From contig NC_082730.1 of assembly GCF_030144855.1 (NCBI RefSeq), positions 14,446,001 through 14,510,000 of the forward strand: DNA of 64,000 bases. Direction: 5' to 3'. Origin of the DNA: Hypanus sabinus (Eukaryota). The notes under the pieces were generated by a model that was given only the letters and a program-made list of their open reading frames with translations, did not search any database and was not told where the DNA came from. The translations under genes and the position numbers were made by a program. Positions 10,746 through 24,179 of this stretch are shown piece after piece (within the stretch, counting starts at the first letter, position 1; each line of letters opens with the position of its first letter).

Positions 10746-13700
10746 AATACAGGCACCAGTCTGGTGAATCTCTTCTGCAACTTGAATTCTTGAATGCTCA
10801 TTGATCGTCCTATACCAGACACCCTCTTCAACACCTACTTTACCATGTCCCTCTGTTCTGAATCTCGGGGAGTTATGGACTTGCACCCCAGGATTGGTAC
10901 ATCGTTCTGGACTTGCCTTGATAATACAATCAAACACGAGGAAGACATGACGTGAGTCCTGATGAAGTGATTCAGCCTGAAAGGTCGATTGTTTACTCTT
11001 TTCTATAGATTCTGCCTGGTTGGTTGAAATCCACCAGTGTTTTCCCTGTGTTGCCATAATTTTTGAGAACTTGCTGCTGAGGAGGGAGCAAAGTGGGAAA
11101 TGGGTGTGGTGTAGAAGGGGCTTTTTATGCAAACTCAACATTCATACTTGGCTTCATTCTCTCTCCTCTTTGAACCTTGAAAGCTCATCTCTTCTGAATT
11201 CTATTCCATCTGTCAGTGTAATTTGGAGACCTCTGATGGGATTTCACTTTGCTTCAGTTAGATGTGTTGGGAAAACCTACTGAATGGAATTGCACATTCA
11301 CACTGGTGTAAAATCCACATCAAATCCACTCTTAAAGGAAATCAACTCCTTTTGACTGTAAATGATCTGTGTGAGTAGCCAACCCCTGTAGCTTTTATTT
11401 CCCACAGAATAATAGAGCACTGTAAATAACACTCACAAAATGCTGGTAGAACACAGCAAGCCAGGCAGCATCTATAGGGAGAAGCACTGTCAACATTTTG
11501 GGCCAAGACCCTTCATCAGGACTGTAAACGGACAGTTAACACTTGTCAAATGAGAGAACATTTATATCTTTCCTATCTCACTCCCATGGTTTTGCTGACA
11601 CCTGAAACTGCACACCTTTGCTTACCTTCTCAGTAGCTAGCTTTCCAATATCTCTGTTCATCTGGTTAGATCTTTCAATGTTACTCTAAGTGTGCTCTAT
11701 CCAGGTTTATGCTGTACGATTCCCTGGGGCAGATGAAGTCTGAGTAGGGCTTCAGTAGAAGGTAAAACAATTCTCACATGTCACACATATTGGAGAAGTA
11801 ATTCAGAATCAAATCTATGAAACCTTGACTATCTAAATCAATTCCATTGATGCTGACTGTCCTGCTGTTTTTCTCCAGCATTTTCTGTCTGTTGCTTTTG
11901 ATTTCATTGGAATTTGAGGATTGAAGCGGTCCAAGAATGTGGCTGATTTATTTTATTTGCTCATTTTGCTTTTGTTTATAAACACTTAATTTCACATTGT
12001 ATAAAATAGATAAAAGATAAAATAATTCAGTATACATAAAGAGCTTTTGTTACATTTGTTTTAGGGGAAAACAGTGGAGTATATCAGCCGTGAATGTATA
12101 CCTGCTTAAATTCTGTACAAGTCTAGTATGAGTGCTATTTCTATTGTATTAGTCACAGCTGCCATCTGTTTAACGTTCACCTTTAGCAAAGGATGTGGTT
12201 AGAACATCTGTCTAATTCATATGTCTTGCCAAACAGAATATAGAGAAATATAAACGGATGTCACACATTGAGGGATCGTTCCTGTCTCTACATACAGACA
12301 TGGCCCGTGTGAGAAGCGAGAGCCACTGAAGTGGGTCAATAGTTCACAGACTTTTATGTGAACAGAGATAGAGGGTACAAAACAATAAACACAAAGCCAA
12401 GCAGGACTGTTAGCTAAAACCCTCAAATGAGAAACAAAGACAACACTGCTCTGAAAGGAATAATTGAGTGTAAAACGTATACTGCTGGTCTTCAGAGTCA
12501 GTTGACCCGATAGGCTAGGCTGAATGGAAACAGGCAACGAAACATTGCTGTGCTTTGCTCACGTCTCAACAAGCACTAAGATGAAAAGAATGGACTTAAA
12601 TGCCATCACAATTAAATGATAATTAACTGACATGTGCATATTCACCAGCACCACTGCTATCTCTGCTACAATGCTGAGTCCATGTTGTGACAGTTCTGGT
12701 CTCTTCCTGCATTGCCCCATCTTGGAAAACTTCTCAACAACCATGGTTCAATATGCTGATGAGAACAAGTGCAGAGATATAAAGCATCTTCAGCAATACA
12801 TTTTTGTTTCAGCAACAAGATCAATAAACAATAACAATATAGCAAAAAAAAGTGAAAAGGCCATTGTGTTTAATCTTAATTCTAGTCCTCTTCAGACCTG
12901 TAAATACAACGGTGGGATTGAAAAACGTTTTCCATTCTGTTGTTGAGAAGTTATCCAAGAGCTGTAGTGTTATAGGTTATTGACCGGACTGGACTTGGGA
13001 TATGGTGAACTGTATTGAGCCTCTTCTCTTCGAAAGGATGTGCTGTAGATGGAGAGGGTCCAGAGCAGTTTCCCAAGAACAACCCAGAAAGGGTTAATGT
13101 ATCAGGCATGTTTGATGGCTCTGGGCCTGTATTAGCTGAAGTTTAGAAGAATCACAGGGAGGGGATGGTTCTCATTGAAGCCGCTTCAATGTAAAAGGAC
13201 AAAAACCTCGATATAGTGCAGGGAGAGGATGTTTCCCATAGCGGGAGAGTCCCTGACAGGAGGCTACTGATATGTGGAATTCATTGTCACAACAGTTGTG
13301 GAGGTGGGGTGGGGGGCAAGTCATTTGGTACTTAGTAAGTGCAGGTTTATAGGTTTTTGATGAGTAAATATATGTCAAATTTATGGGGACAATAGGATTG
13401 AGGGGCATAATAAATCAGCCATTATACAATGAGGAACAGAGTCAGTGGGCTGAATGGCCTAATTCTCCCCCTATATCTTATGGTCTGAAGTGATTGGACA
13501 ACGCAGAGGGAGAGTGGACCAGTGAGTTTATGTGAGGCATACATTGGTACTTCCATTTATTCTGGTTTGTAAGATAAGTAAAGAGCACAGAAATTCTTAT
13601 GGTACCTTTTGAGAATTGCATTGGGATTTCCTCACACAGGGAAAGTTTCTCTTTCAGAATTAGAATCAGGTTTATTTTCACAGTCTTCTGATGTGAAATT

Positions 13701-14160
13701 TGTTGTTTTGTAGCAGAGAAACACAAAGCAAGTTCCTTCTTTCAGAACATTAACGAGCTCCGGTTTAACAAGTCAGATCACTGCTCCTGGCGTTATCTGC
13801 AGCTAATCAATACCCATCAGATAACCTTGAGCTGAAGAGGTCAAGAGCTCCAAACAGACTCTGGTGTTACCATTTCACATCCTCACCGGGCAGGTGAAGA
13901 ATATGATGTGATGTTTCTCCTTGTGATGGGGCATTTCAAAATTCAATATTGTAATTAAATTTATTTTCAAAGTCCATATATCTCGCCATTACAACCCTAA
14001 TTTTAATTGCAAAAATGCAGTTCACATTCTCTCATTTTCAAGACCCTTTATTGTACATTCATGGGTAACAGTCACAGATCAGTACTGAGAAAAGTTACAC
14101 CTTCCATTTGCAGATTCACACCCTGATGACCGATGCAAGCTGCAATAATTTGCAACTCAC

Positions 14161-14264
14161 TCATTTTATTCAGCACCAACTTTTATCCCCATTGCTTGAC
14201 TCCTTTACGACCTCTGTACAGTGACCAGAAAATGTCATGCTAGAGTCTCTTTCTCAATCCATTT
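14161..14264 (-). other. Exon-like cassette W, copy A (104 nt; premature TGA from a +1/-1 frameshift pair)
   Basis: Branch-like tactgac, acceptor cattttgtag|AAA, donor TGA|gtgagt. Phase 0 reads KWIEKETLA*; the ancestral frame resumes as ...QAMGIKVGAE*. Confidence 0.55.
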
Positions 14265-14926
14265 CTACAAAATGCATTGTGATAGGTCAGTAATCATGCT
14301 CCTTATCAATGTTCAAAATCTACCTGGTAAATTTATGATCAATTACATTAATATCACCATATCCTCCCCTGGGATTCATTTCCTTGCAGACATTCACAGT
14401 AGGACAAGGAAATACAACAGAATCAATGAAAACGACACACAGATATGGAGAAACAAACAATGTGCAAAAGAAGACAAATTGCGCAAACACAATAAATAAA
14501 TAAATAAAACCACGACCGTGAGTTGTAGAATCTGTAAAGGTGAGTCCAGAGGTTGTGTTCAGAGATCATTTCAGTGTTGAGGTGACTGAAGTTATCCACC
14601 CTAGTTCAGGAGCCTGATGATCCTGAACATATTGACATGGGTCTTGAGGATCCTGTCCCTCCTTCCCATTGGCAGCACTGACAAGAGAGCCTGTTTGGAT
14701 GATGTGGGTCCTCGATGATGGATTCTGCTCTCTTGTGGCAGTACTCCTTTGTAGATGTGCTCACTGTGGGCTGGGCTTAACCTATCAACTGATCAGATCA
14801 GTCTTAACCAACCTCCACACAGACCATCCCTGAATAATGAATAGGTCTGTTTATACAGGTGCCTATAGTCAATTTTACTCGTAAGTCAGAAAACACAATG
14901 GATATCACTCTATATATTATCCATAC

Positions 14927-14986
14927 CTCCATAGTATTGTAATGGCAGGCATCAACTGCATATAAAACTGAGACAAAAGAGTCATT
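14927..14986 (-). other. Exon-like cassette X, copy 1 (60 nt, phase 0-0): NDSFVSVLYAVDACHYNTME
   Basis: Acceptor ttttctttctctccacttttcag|, donor GAG|gtatgg. Confidence 0.6.
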
Positions 14987-15029
14987 CTGAAAAGTGGAGA
15001 GAAAGAAAACTAGTTCTGTTACTTGTAGG

Positions 15030-15660
15030 AACATAGAACATAGAACATACAGCACAGTACAGGCCCTTCAGCCCACAGTGTTGTGCTAATCTATACCCCA
15101 TGATCAGACTAGTCCTTCCCTGCTACACAGCACACGACCCTCTATTTCCATACATATATGTAGGTGCATATCTAATAGCCTCTAAATGTCCTTATCATAT
15201 CAGCCTCTAGTACCATGCCTGCAATGTGTTCCAGGAATCCGCCACTCTCTGTGTAAAAAAAATTATCTCTTACATCTCCCCTAAAATCTCCTCCACTCAC
15301 CTTAAATGGATCTCCTCTGGCATTGGTCATTGTCACCATGAGAAAGAAGTTCTGCTTGTCCACTCAACCTATGCCTTATACACCTCTTCTGCAACACTCT
15401 ATCAAAATATCTCCCACCTTCCTTTGCTCCAGAGAGAAAATCCCTGGCTCACTCAACATTTACTTTTCCTCATAAGACATGTTCTCTGATCAAGGAAGCA
15501 TCTTGGTAAACCTCCACTGCACCCTCTTTGTTTCATTTCCCAATACCAAATCAAGTACAGCCTCTCCTCTTGTAGGCTTATCTACATAAGATGAATTGTG
15601 AGACGGGCATGGCATTTTTACAAGTAACAGAGTGTGAAGAGGTATATTCCAGGTAGCTGT
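15030..15660 (-). mobile_element. CR1/HER1-like 3' end (agaacatag tail) plus an adjoining CR1 fragment
   Basis: 'aacatagaacatagaacat' is the reverse complement of a (CTATGTT)n tail; ORF 15172-15363 (..RGDPFKVSGG..). Confidence 0.75.
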
Positions 15661-15689
15661 GAATATCCCTGGGTATATAATAGACATCG

Positions 15690-16500
15690 GTAGTAAAACT
15701 GTCACCAGAGATAGAGAGATTGAGAAAGGCGAGGGAAGCGTTGGAAATTATCCAGGTAAATTTGAGGGCAGGGTGGAAGTTGGAGTCAAAGCTGATGATG
15801 TCATCAAGCTCTGCATGGATGCAGGAAGCAGCACCAATGAAGTCACCGATGTAGTGTAGGAAAAGTGGAGGATGGACACTAGTTTAGGCTTAGATCATAG
15901 ACTGTTCCACGTAGAGAACAAAAGGGCAAGCATAGCTGGGACCCATGTGAGTGCCATGGAAACACATTTTGTTTGAAGGAAGTGGGAAGAGCCAAAGGAG
16001 AAATGATTAAGAGTGAGGTTCAAGTTCCATTAGACAGTGGAGAGAGGGGCTGGAGGGGAATGGTTGGGTTTGGTGTCCAGAAAGAAAGAGAGAGCTTCTG
16101 GACCATCCTGTGAGGGGAAGGATGTACAGTATATAGGGACTGGACAGCCACAGTGAAACTAAGATGATGGGGGGCAGGGAACGTGAAATCATTCAAAAGA
16201 TCCAGAGCATGTGAAGTGCCACAGATATAGGTAGGAAGGGACTGAACTAGAGGGGATAATGCAGAGTTGAAGTATACAGATTTGAGCTGAGTGGGGATGG
16301 AACAATCTAAAACAATGGGTCTCTATGGACAAGCAGATTTGTGGATCTTGGATAGGAGGTAGCAACAGGAGGTTTGGGGTGTGGGAACTATGAGCTTGGT
16401 GGCAATGTATGGGATATCAACAGAGCTAATAAGCTCAATGATGGTGTGGGCTCCAGAGAGGGATCTTGTTCAAGGGGTATGTAAAAGGAGGTGTCTGAGA
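15690..16500 (-). mobile_element. Penelope-like element, RT fragment
   Basis: Minus strand encodes HMGPSYACPFVLYVEQSM and FLHYIGDFIGAASCMHAELDDIISFDSNFHPALKFTW, degenerate PLE RT motifs. Confidence 0.7.
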
Positions 16501-16555
16501 AATGTTGCCCTTTATTCAGATAACGTAACAAATATCACTGAATATGTATCAATAC

Positions 16556-16615
16556 TTCCATGATATTGTAATTAAAGACATCAACTGCATATAAAACTGA
16601 GAAGAAAGAGTAATT
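16556..16615 (-). other. Exon-like cassette X, copy 2 (60 nt): NYSFFSVLYAVDVFNYNIME
   Basis: Acceptor ttttctttctctccacttctcag|, donor GAA|gtattg. Confidence 0.55.
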
Positions 16616-16689
16616 CTGAGAAGTGGAGAGAAAGAAAACTAGTTCTGTTATTTGTAGAAAGAACATATATCAGTACAGCACATTACGGG

Positions 16690-19600
16690 CCCTCCGCTTC
16701 TACATTGCCTTTAGCACTCTATATTTGTACTGGACTCCAACACTTTGCCAGCTATTGAGGTTAGGCTAACTGACCTATGATTTCTTTTCTTTTGCCTCCT
16801 CCCTCTGAAAGAGTGGAGTGAAATTTGCATTCTTTCAGTTCTCCAAGACCATGTCAGAATCAAGTGATCCTTGAAAGATCATGACAAATGCATTTGTTAA
16901 CACTTCAGCAAATTCTCTCAGGTCTCTGGGATGTAGGCCATTTATTTCAGGTGATTTATCCACCTTAACACTTCTGAATTTGCCTTGCAATTTTCCTTTG
17001 TACTGGCAATGGCACTCACTCCTGCTCCATGACTCTCACGGACCTCTGGCGCACTGTTAGTGTCTTTCACAGTTAAGATTGATGTAAACTAACCATTAAG
17101 TTCATCTGCCATTTCTTTGTTCCCCATTACTACCTCAGCAGTATCATTTTCCAGTGGTTCAATATCAACTCTCACCTCCGTTTTACTCTTGATATAACTG
17201 AAAAAACTTACAGTACCCTGCTTTATATTATTGGATACTTTGCCCTCATTTTTCAGCTTCTCCCTTCTTATAACTTTTTCAGTTGCATTTTGTTGGATTT
17301 TAATAACTTCCCAATCATCCAACTGCCCACTCAGTTTTGCTACCTTTGCTTTTATGCAGTCCTTAACTTCCCTTGTCAGCCACGCTTGTCTACCCCTGAC
17401 ATTTAAGAATTTCTGTGGGACATATCTATCCTGCGCCTTGTTAACTATTCCCAGAAACTTCAGCCACCTCTGCTCTGCTGTGATCCCTGCCAGTATCTCT
17501 CTCCAATCCACCTGTACAAGCTCCTCTCTCATGCCTCTGTAATTCCCTTTATTCCATTGCAATACTGATAGAGAAATGCTTCTCCCTCTCAAATTGTAGT
17601 ATGATTTCAATCATATTATGATCCTAAGGGTTCCTATGCCGTAAGTTCCTAATAAGATCTGGATTATTACACAGCACCCAAAGTAAGATAGTGTTTCCCC
17701 CAAGTAAACTCAACCACCAGCCTCTCTAAAAAGCCGTCTCTTAGGGATTCAAGAAATCCCCCCTCTTGCGATCCAACATCAAACTACTTTTGCCAATCCA
17801 TTAGCATATTGAAGTCCTTTTGCATATTGAAGGCTTTCTTTACCCTTGCAGTTTGTTAATGCCGCTCATAAAGTTTCAACATTTTCTGACCCTGTCACGT
17901 GTTTCTAAAGAAGTAATTCCATCTCTTACCAACAAAGTCAGAGAGCATTTAACTGGAGTAAGGAGAAATATGAGGTTATCAGGCGGGAGCTTGGAAGCAT
18001 AAACTGGAAACAGATGTTCTCAGGGAAACATATGGAAGAAGTGAGGCAAATATACAGGGGATATTTGTGTGGAGTTCTGCTTAGGTATGTTCCAATGAGA
18101 CAGGGAAAGGATGTTCGGGTACAGGAAATGTGGTGTACAAAGGCCGTTGTAAATCTACTCAAGAAGAATAGCTTACAAAAGGTTCAAAAAACTAGGTAAT
18201 GTTAGAGATCTAGAAGAGTGGTTGTAGACGGGTCATATTCTGTGTGGAGGTCGGTGACCAGTGGTGTGCCTCAGGGATCTCTTCTTGGACCCCTACGCTT
18301 CATGCTTTTTATAAATGACCTGGATGAAGAGGTGGAGGGATGGGTTAGTAAATTTGCTGATGACACAAAGGTTGGGGTTCTTGTGGGTAGTGTGGAGGGC
18401 TGTCAGAGGTTACAGCGGGACATTGATAAAATGAAAAACTAGGCTGAGAAGTGGCAGCTGATGTTCAACCCAGATAAGTGTGAGGTGGTTCATTTTGGTA
18501 GGTCAAATGTGATGGCAGAATATAGTATTAATGGTAAGACTCTTGGCAGTGTGGAGGATCAGCGGGATCATGGGGTTCTAATCCATAGGACTCTCAAAAC
18601 TGCTGTGCAGGTTGACTCTGTGGTTAAGAAAGCATGCAGTGCATTGGCCTTCAACAATCATAGGATTGAGTTTACGAGCTGAGAGGTAATGTTGCAGCTG
18701 CATAGGATCCCTGGTGAGACCCCACGTGGAGTACTGTGCTCAGTTATTGTAGCCTTACTACAGGAAGGGTGTAGAAACCATAAAAAAGGTGCAAAGGAGA
18801 TTTACAAGGATGTTGCCTTTTTTTTGGGCTTGCATATCAGAATACATGGAGTGAATGCGGCCTTTTCTCCTTGGAGCAATGGAGGATAAGAGGTGACCTG
18901 ATAGAGGTAGATAAGATGATGAAAGGTATTGAACATGTGGTTAGTCAGAGGCTTTTCCCCAGGGCTGAAATGGCTAGCACAAGAGAACACAGTTTTGAGG
19001 TGATTGGAAGTAGGTACAGAGGAGATGTCAAAGGTAAGATTTTTATGCAGAGAGTGGTGAGTGCACGGAATGGGCTGCCGGCGACAGTGGTGGTGGCGGA
19101 TATGATAGGGTCTTTTAAGAGACTCCTATCTATGTACATGGAGCTTAGAAAAACAGAGGACTATGGGTAACTCTAGGTAATTTCTAAGGTAAGGACATGT
19201 TCGGCACAGCTTTGTGGGCCAAAGGGCCTGTATTGTACTGTAGGTTTTCTATATTTCTATGTTTCTAGACCAACAGCTATGCCTCCCTGCCTGTCTGTTC
19301 TTTGATATGAAGTTCCCAAATATAACCTTCTTTCAGCCACACCTCAGTGATGCCCACAATGTCATTCCGACCAGTCACTAATTGCGGCATGAGTTCATCC
19401 ACATTTTTTTGAATACTACCTGCATTTAAGTCCAGTACCTTCAGTCCTGCATTCTTCACCCTTTTGAATTTTGACTCTGTGGTACAATTTAACTGCATTT
19501 GTACTGATTCATTGGCTTGTCTTCCTCACATTCATATTACATCCATCATCTACTTGTAAACTTGCTGGCTCATCCTCAGGTCTATCATACTGTTTCTCAT

Positions 19601-20780
19601 CCCCTGCCACATTAGTTTAAACCACTCCCAACAGCTTTAGGAAACCTGCCTGAAAAAATATTGGTCCACCTTGGATTCAAGTGCAACACATCCCTTTTGT
19701 ACAGTCACACCTGCCCCAGAAGCGGTCTCAATGATCCATAAATCTGAATCCCTGCCCCGTACTCCAAACTCTTCAGCTGCACATTTATCTGCCCCCTCAT
19801 TCTATTCCTATCCTCAATGTCATGTGGCACAGCCTGAAATATCAAGATTACCACCATTGAGGTCTTGCTTCTCAGCTTCCTTCCTAACTCTTTGTATTCT
19901 GTTTTCACCTCCCTCTTTCTACCAATGTTGTAAGTACCAATATGTAGCACAACTTCTGGCTGCTCAGCCTCCTTTTTCAGGATATTGTTGATGCGTTCAG
20001 AAACATTGTGGACCCCTGGTACCTGGGAGGCAAACAAACATCTGTGTTTCCTTATAGCATCGACAAAATTGATTATCTGTCTCCCTAACTTTAGATTCCC
20101 CTATCACTACTGCCTTCCTCTTCATTTCCCTATCCTTCTGAGCCACAGGGCCAGACTTAGTGCCAGTGACATGGCTGCTGTTGTTTCCCCCAAGTAGTTC
20201 TACCAAACCAACAGTACTAAAGATGATGTACTTATTGTTGAGGGGAATGTCCACAGTGTTGCACTCCAGTATCTGACATTTTGCCTTCCCTCTATTGACT
20301 GTCATCCATTTACCTGTCTCCTGTAGAGTTGGGGTGACTCCCTCCCTATAACTCCTGTCTATCACTTCTTCACTTTCCCGAACAAGCTGCAGATATGGAA
20401 ATCCTATATCTGACACCCAGAACAGAACACTGCCCCTGCAGATATAGCCACTATTCTTTCAAGAGTAAATAAGAAAAGGAATAAGAAATAAACTGACCTA
20501 CTTCAATTGCTTCTGCTCGTTGTTGCTGAAGCCTGTCAAGCCAAAGCCTTACCACTCTGACTCAGACCATTCCAAAGATGACTGCTCCACCTGGATGACA
20601 CCACTCTTGTATGAAAATGAGCTTTTCCAAGTCCTGCTCCGGACCTGTGCAGAATGTTTCTACTGTGTCTGCTCGTCTTTCCAGTCAGTGATTCCTGCTG
20701 AAAAATGGCTGCCTTATCAAGCTCCGCTCTGGACATTTGTGGAAGTGCTTCTACTGCATCTGTGCCACTTTCCAATTAGA
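16690..20780 (-). mobile_element. CR1-clade LINE retaining its 5' part (ORF1 SGNH esterase, ORF2 endonuclease), interrupted by a plus-strand CR1
   Basis: ORF1-like KAVVIGESKVRETD..CLPG and PEVVLHIGTYNIG (19705-20416); EN start LNAGSI..DIVGITEVWL (19277-19498); continuation 17089-17610 (WNKGNYRGMREEL..). Confidence 0.8.
17820..19268 (+). mobile_element. CR1/HER1-like LINE, RT to 3' tail, nested in the minus-strand CR1
   Basis: VTSGVPQGSLLGPLRFMLFINDLDEEVEGWVSKFADDTK (18218-18442); tail tttctatatttctatgtttcta. Confidence 0.9.
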
Positions 20781-23700
20781 GAAATTGGAGATATTTGAAG
20801 TGGAGGTATATTCATTCTTGATTGGTAAAGGCAACAAAGGTAATGAGGAGATGGCAGGAGAATGAGTTTGGGAGGGCCTAATTCTGCTCTTATGCCTTTT
20901 GGTCATATGGGCTTCTAATACACACGCCAATCTGGTGAATCTCTTCTGCAACATGAATTCTTGAGTGTTCAATGGTCGTCCAATGCCATAGGCCCTCTTT
21001 ACCACCTACTTTACCATCTCCCTCAGTTCCAAATCTCGGGGAGGTATGGAATTGCACTCCCAGATTTGTACATCATTCTGGACCTGCCTTGGTGACAATT
21101 CAGTCAAACACGAGAGAGGAGAAAGACATGACATGAGTCCTGATGAAGGGTGTCAGCCTGAAATGTCAACTATTTGCTCTTTTCCAGAGATTCAACCTGG
21201 CCTGCTGAGTTCAGCATTTGGCATGTATTGCTATAATTTTTGTGAATTTGCTGCTGTGGGGGAAGCAAAGTAGGAAATAAGTGAGAGGTTGAAGGGGCTT
21301 TTCATGCAAGCTCAGCATTCACACTTGGTTTCATTCCCGCTCCTCTCTAAAGGATGATTTTGCTCTTTGAAGGTATCTTTAAAGCTCATATTCCGTCTGT
21401 CGGTGCAATTTCCAGAGCTCAGATGGGATTTCACTTTGCTTCAGTTAGCTGTGATGGGAAACCTTCTGAATGGAATCCTACATTCACAATGGGTAAAATC
21501 CATGTCAGATCTGTCCTTTAACCAAATAATGTCTATTTTGACAGGACATTAGCTGTAATGGTCTGAATCCTCGAGTATCTGTTCATTTCCATAGATTCTG
21601 CCCGACCTGCTGAGTTCCTCCAGTATTTTGTGTGTGTTGCTTTTGATTTCATTGTAGAGCGAGGGTTGAGGTGATCCAAGAATATTCAACATTTATTTTT
21701 ATGAATTTTAGTTGCTGACTTAGCAATTGTTTAAAAACACTTAATTTCACATTGATAAAAATAGAAATGATAAAAATAATTCAGAATACACAGAGAGCAT
21801 TTGTGACTTTGGGTTTATTATTTTGGGTGTATAAGATAATGAGAGGCATTGATTGCGTGGCTAGTCAGAGGCTTTTTTCCCCAGGGCTGAAATGGCTGGC
21901 ACGAGAGGGCACAGTGAAAAGGTGATTGGAAGAAAGTGCAGTGGATATATCAGGGGTATGTTTTTTACACAGAGAGTGGTGAGTGCATGGAATGGGCTGC
22001 CGGTGACGGTGATGGAGATGGATACGATAGGGTCTTTTAAGAGACTCCTGGAAAGGTATATGGATCTCAGAAAAATAGAGAGCTATGGGTAACCCTAGGT
22101 AGTTTCTCATTTAAGGACATGTTTGGCACAGCTTTGTGTGCCAAAGTGCTTGTATTGAGCTGTGGGTTTTCGATGTTTCTATTACATTTGTTTTAGGGCA
22201 AATCAGTGCAGTATATTAGCCATGACTGTACAGGGTATATCTGGTTAAATTCTGTACATTGTATAGCATGAGTGCTGACTCTATTTCATCAGTCACTTCT
22301 GTCATCAGTGTAATGTTCACACTCAGTGAAGGATGTGGTCAGAACTTCTATCTTCTTTACTTGACTTAAAAAACAGACTCTAGAGAAGTGCCAATGGATG
22401 CTACACGTTGACCTATTGCTCTGATCTCTTCCTGCATTGCACCATGACTTCTTGGAAAGCTTCTCAGACTTCTCAAAACTTCTTCTCAAAACACTCCTCA
22501 AAACTTCTCAAATACTTTGGTTCAATATGCTGATGAGATGCAAAACATCTTCAGCAAAGCATTTCTGTTTCAGCAGCTAGATCACTCAACAACAATAACA
22601 ATTCTGTGAAGAAAAGTGAAAAGGCCTTTTATATTTGCTTTTAATCCTAATCCTAGTCCTGTGCATTACTGTAAATACAATGGTGGGACCTTAAAATGCT
22701 TTCCATTTGGTTATTGAGATGATATCCTAGAACTGCAGCTTTAGAAGGCATTGGTCAGACCACACTTGGAATATAGTGAACAATTCTGGGCCTCTTGTGT
22801 ATTAAAGGGTGGGTTGTAATTGGGGAGGGTCCCAGGAGTGAAAGGGTCAATGTATGAGGAGTGTTTGATGGCCTGGGCTTGTACTCATTGGAGTTTAGAA
22901 GAATGAGGGGTGTTGTCATTGAAACCTCTTCAGTAGTGAAGGCCCAAATCCTGGATGGCGTGTATGTGGAGAGGATGTTTCCTGAAGTGTGGGTGTATCG
23001 GAGCAGAGGGCAAAGCCTCAGAATAAAAGACATCCCTTTATAACAAGGGTGAGAAGGAATTAATTTTGTCAGAGGATGCTGAATCTGTGAAATTCATTGC
23101 CACAGACAGCTGTGGAGGCCAAGTCATTGTGTGTATTTAAATTGGAGTTTGATAGGCTTTTGATTAGTAAGGGTGTCAAAAGTTATGAGCTGAATGTGGT
23201 TGAGGGTGGTAATAAAACAGCCATTATAGAAGAGCAGACCAGACTGAATGGGCTGAATAGCCTATTACTATTCCTATGGTCATTTTGTCTTCTGGTCTTC
23301 TGGTCTTAAGAGATGGAATAATGAAGGAAGAGTTTGGTACAATTTGTTTACATGAGGCATCCATCAGTTCTTCCCTGAATCTGTTTTGTAAGAGAAGTAA
23401 AAAGAATACAAGTTCCAGGCATCTCCTTTGTGATTTGCTTTGGGACGTTCTTGGAAAGGGAAAGGGTCCCTTTCAGAATCAGAATCAGGTTACTGTCACT
23501 GTCTTCTGATGTGAAATGTCTTTTTTGCAGCAAAAACAAAGCATGTCCATTCCCTCAGACCATTAGGGAGCTCAGGATTAACAAATCGAGATTTGCATGT
23601 CCGACCAGTGCATCTGCAATTAGCTTCGGATAATCAACAGCATGAGGTAACGTTGACCTGAAGATGCAACAAGCTCCAAACAGAGTCTGGTGTTACTGCT

Positions 23701-23954
23701 TCCCATCCTCACAGAGCAGGTGAAGGATATTGTGTCACATTCCTCCTTGTTAGTTATGTATTTCAAAGTTCAAAATTCAAATTAGGTTGATTATCAAAGT
23801 ATAATACATAAAAGTGCAGTTCACTTCTCTTACTTTCAAGACTATTGTACACTCATGGGTGACAGTCACAGATCAGTACTGAGACAAGTTATGCCTTCTA
23901 TTTGCAGATTCACACCCTGATGACCAATGCAAGCTGCAATAATTTGCAGCTCAC

Positions 23955-24059
23955 TCATTTTATTCAGCACCCAACTTTCATTTCCATTGCTCGTTCTCCT
24001 TTAAGACTTTTGTACAGTGACTGGAAATTTTCACCCTGTTTCCCTTTCTCACTCTGTTT
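23955..24059 (-). other. Exon-like cassette W, copy B (105 nt): KQSEKGKQGENFQSLYKSLKGERAMEMKVGC*
   Basis: Acceptor tattttatag|AAA with tattgac upstream; donor TGA|gtgagc. Confidence 0.55.
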
Positions 24060-24179
24060 CTATAAAATATGTTACGAAAGGTCAATAATCATGCACATTA
24101 TGAAATTTCAAAATGCACATGGTCAATTTATTAACAAAGTATGCTAATGTAGGGCTCTCAGTACCATTATCTGTGGCAT

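Larger units (their letters stand above)
11880..15030 (-). repeat. Paralogous intergenic block A (modules U-V-W-X), with an internal CR1 3' piece at 13000-13490 and an antisense Rex1-like piece at 14500-14780
   Basis: Colinear similarity by eye to 21650-25480, 28690-31085 and, for U-V only, 42800-43450. Shared anchors: cacttaatttcacatt, ctgatgaga, cagatcagtactgaga, tcaactgca/aca. Confidence 0.85.

Noticed and set aside
11626-11661. 36-nt minus-strand AG/GT segment (MNRDIGKLATEK|gtaagc)
   Set aside because: Weak polypyrimidine tract, single copy, and its phase-0 donor has no matching downstream acceptor in the gene model.
12217-12537. Block-A-specific ~430-bp insert with an acceptor at ~12450, a hydrophobic TM-like frame and a 106-aa ORF containing SVYISL
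   Set aside because: The hydrophobic frame has three stops and reflects T-rich composition; single copy; no donor found.
13746-13893. Plus-strand AG/GT-flanked segment conserved in blocks A, B and C
   Set aside because: The best frame has a TGA in all copies, the other frames also stop, and the copies differ by frameshifting indels.
14161-14264. Similarity of module W (alternative frame, C..VKES) to the receptor stalk exon
   Set aside because: The match is short, the frame has stops in all three copies, and the splice phase differs from the stalk exon.
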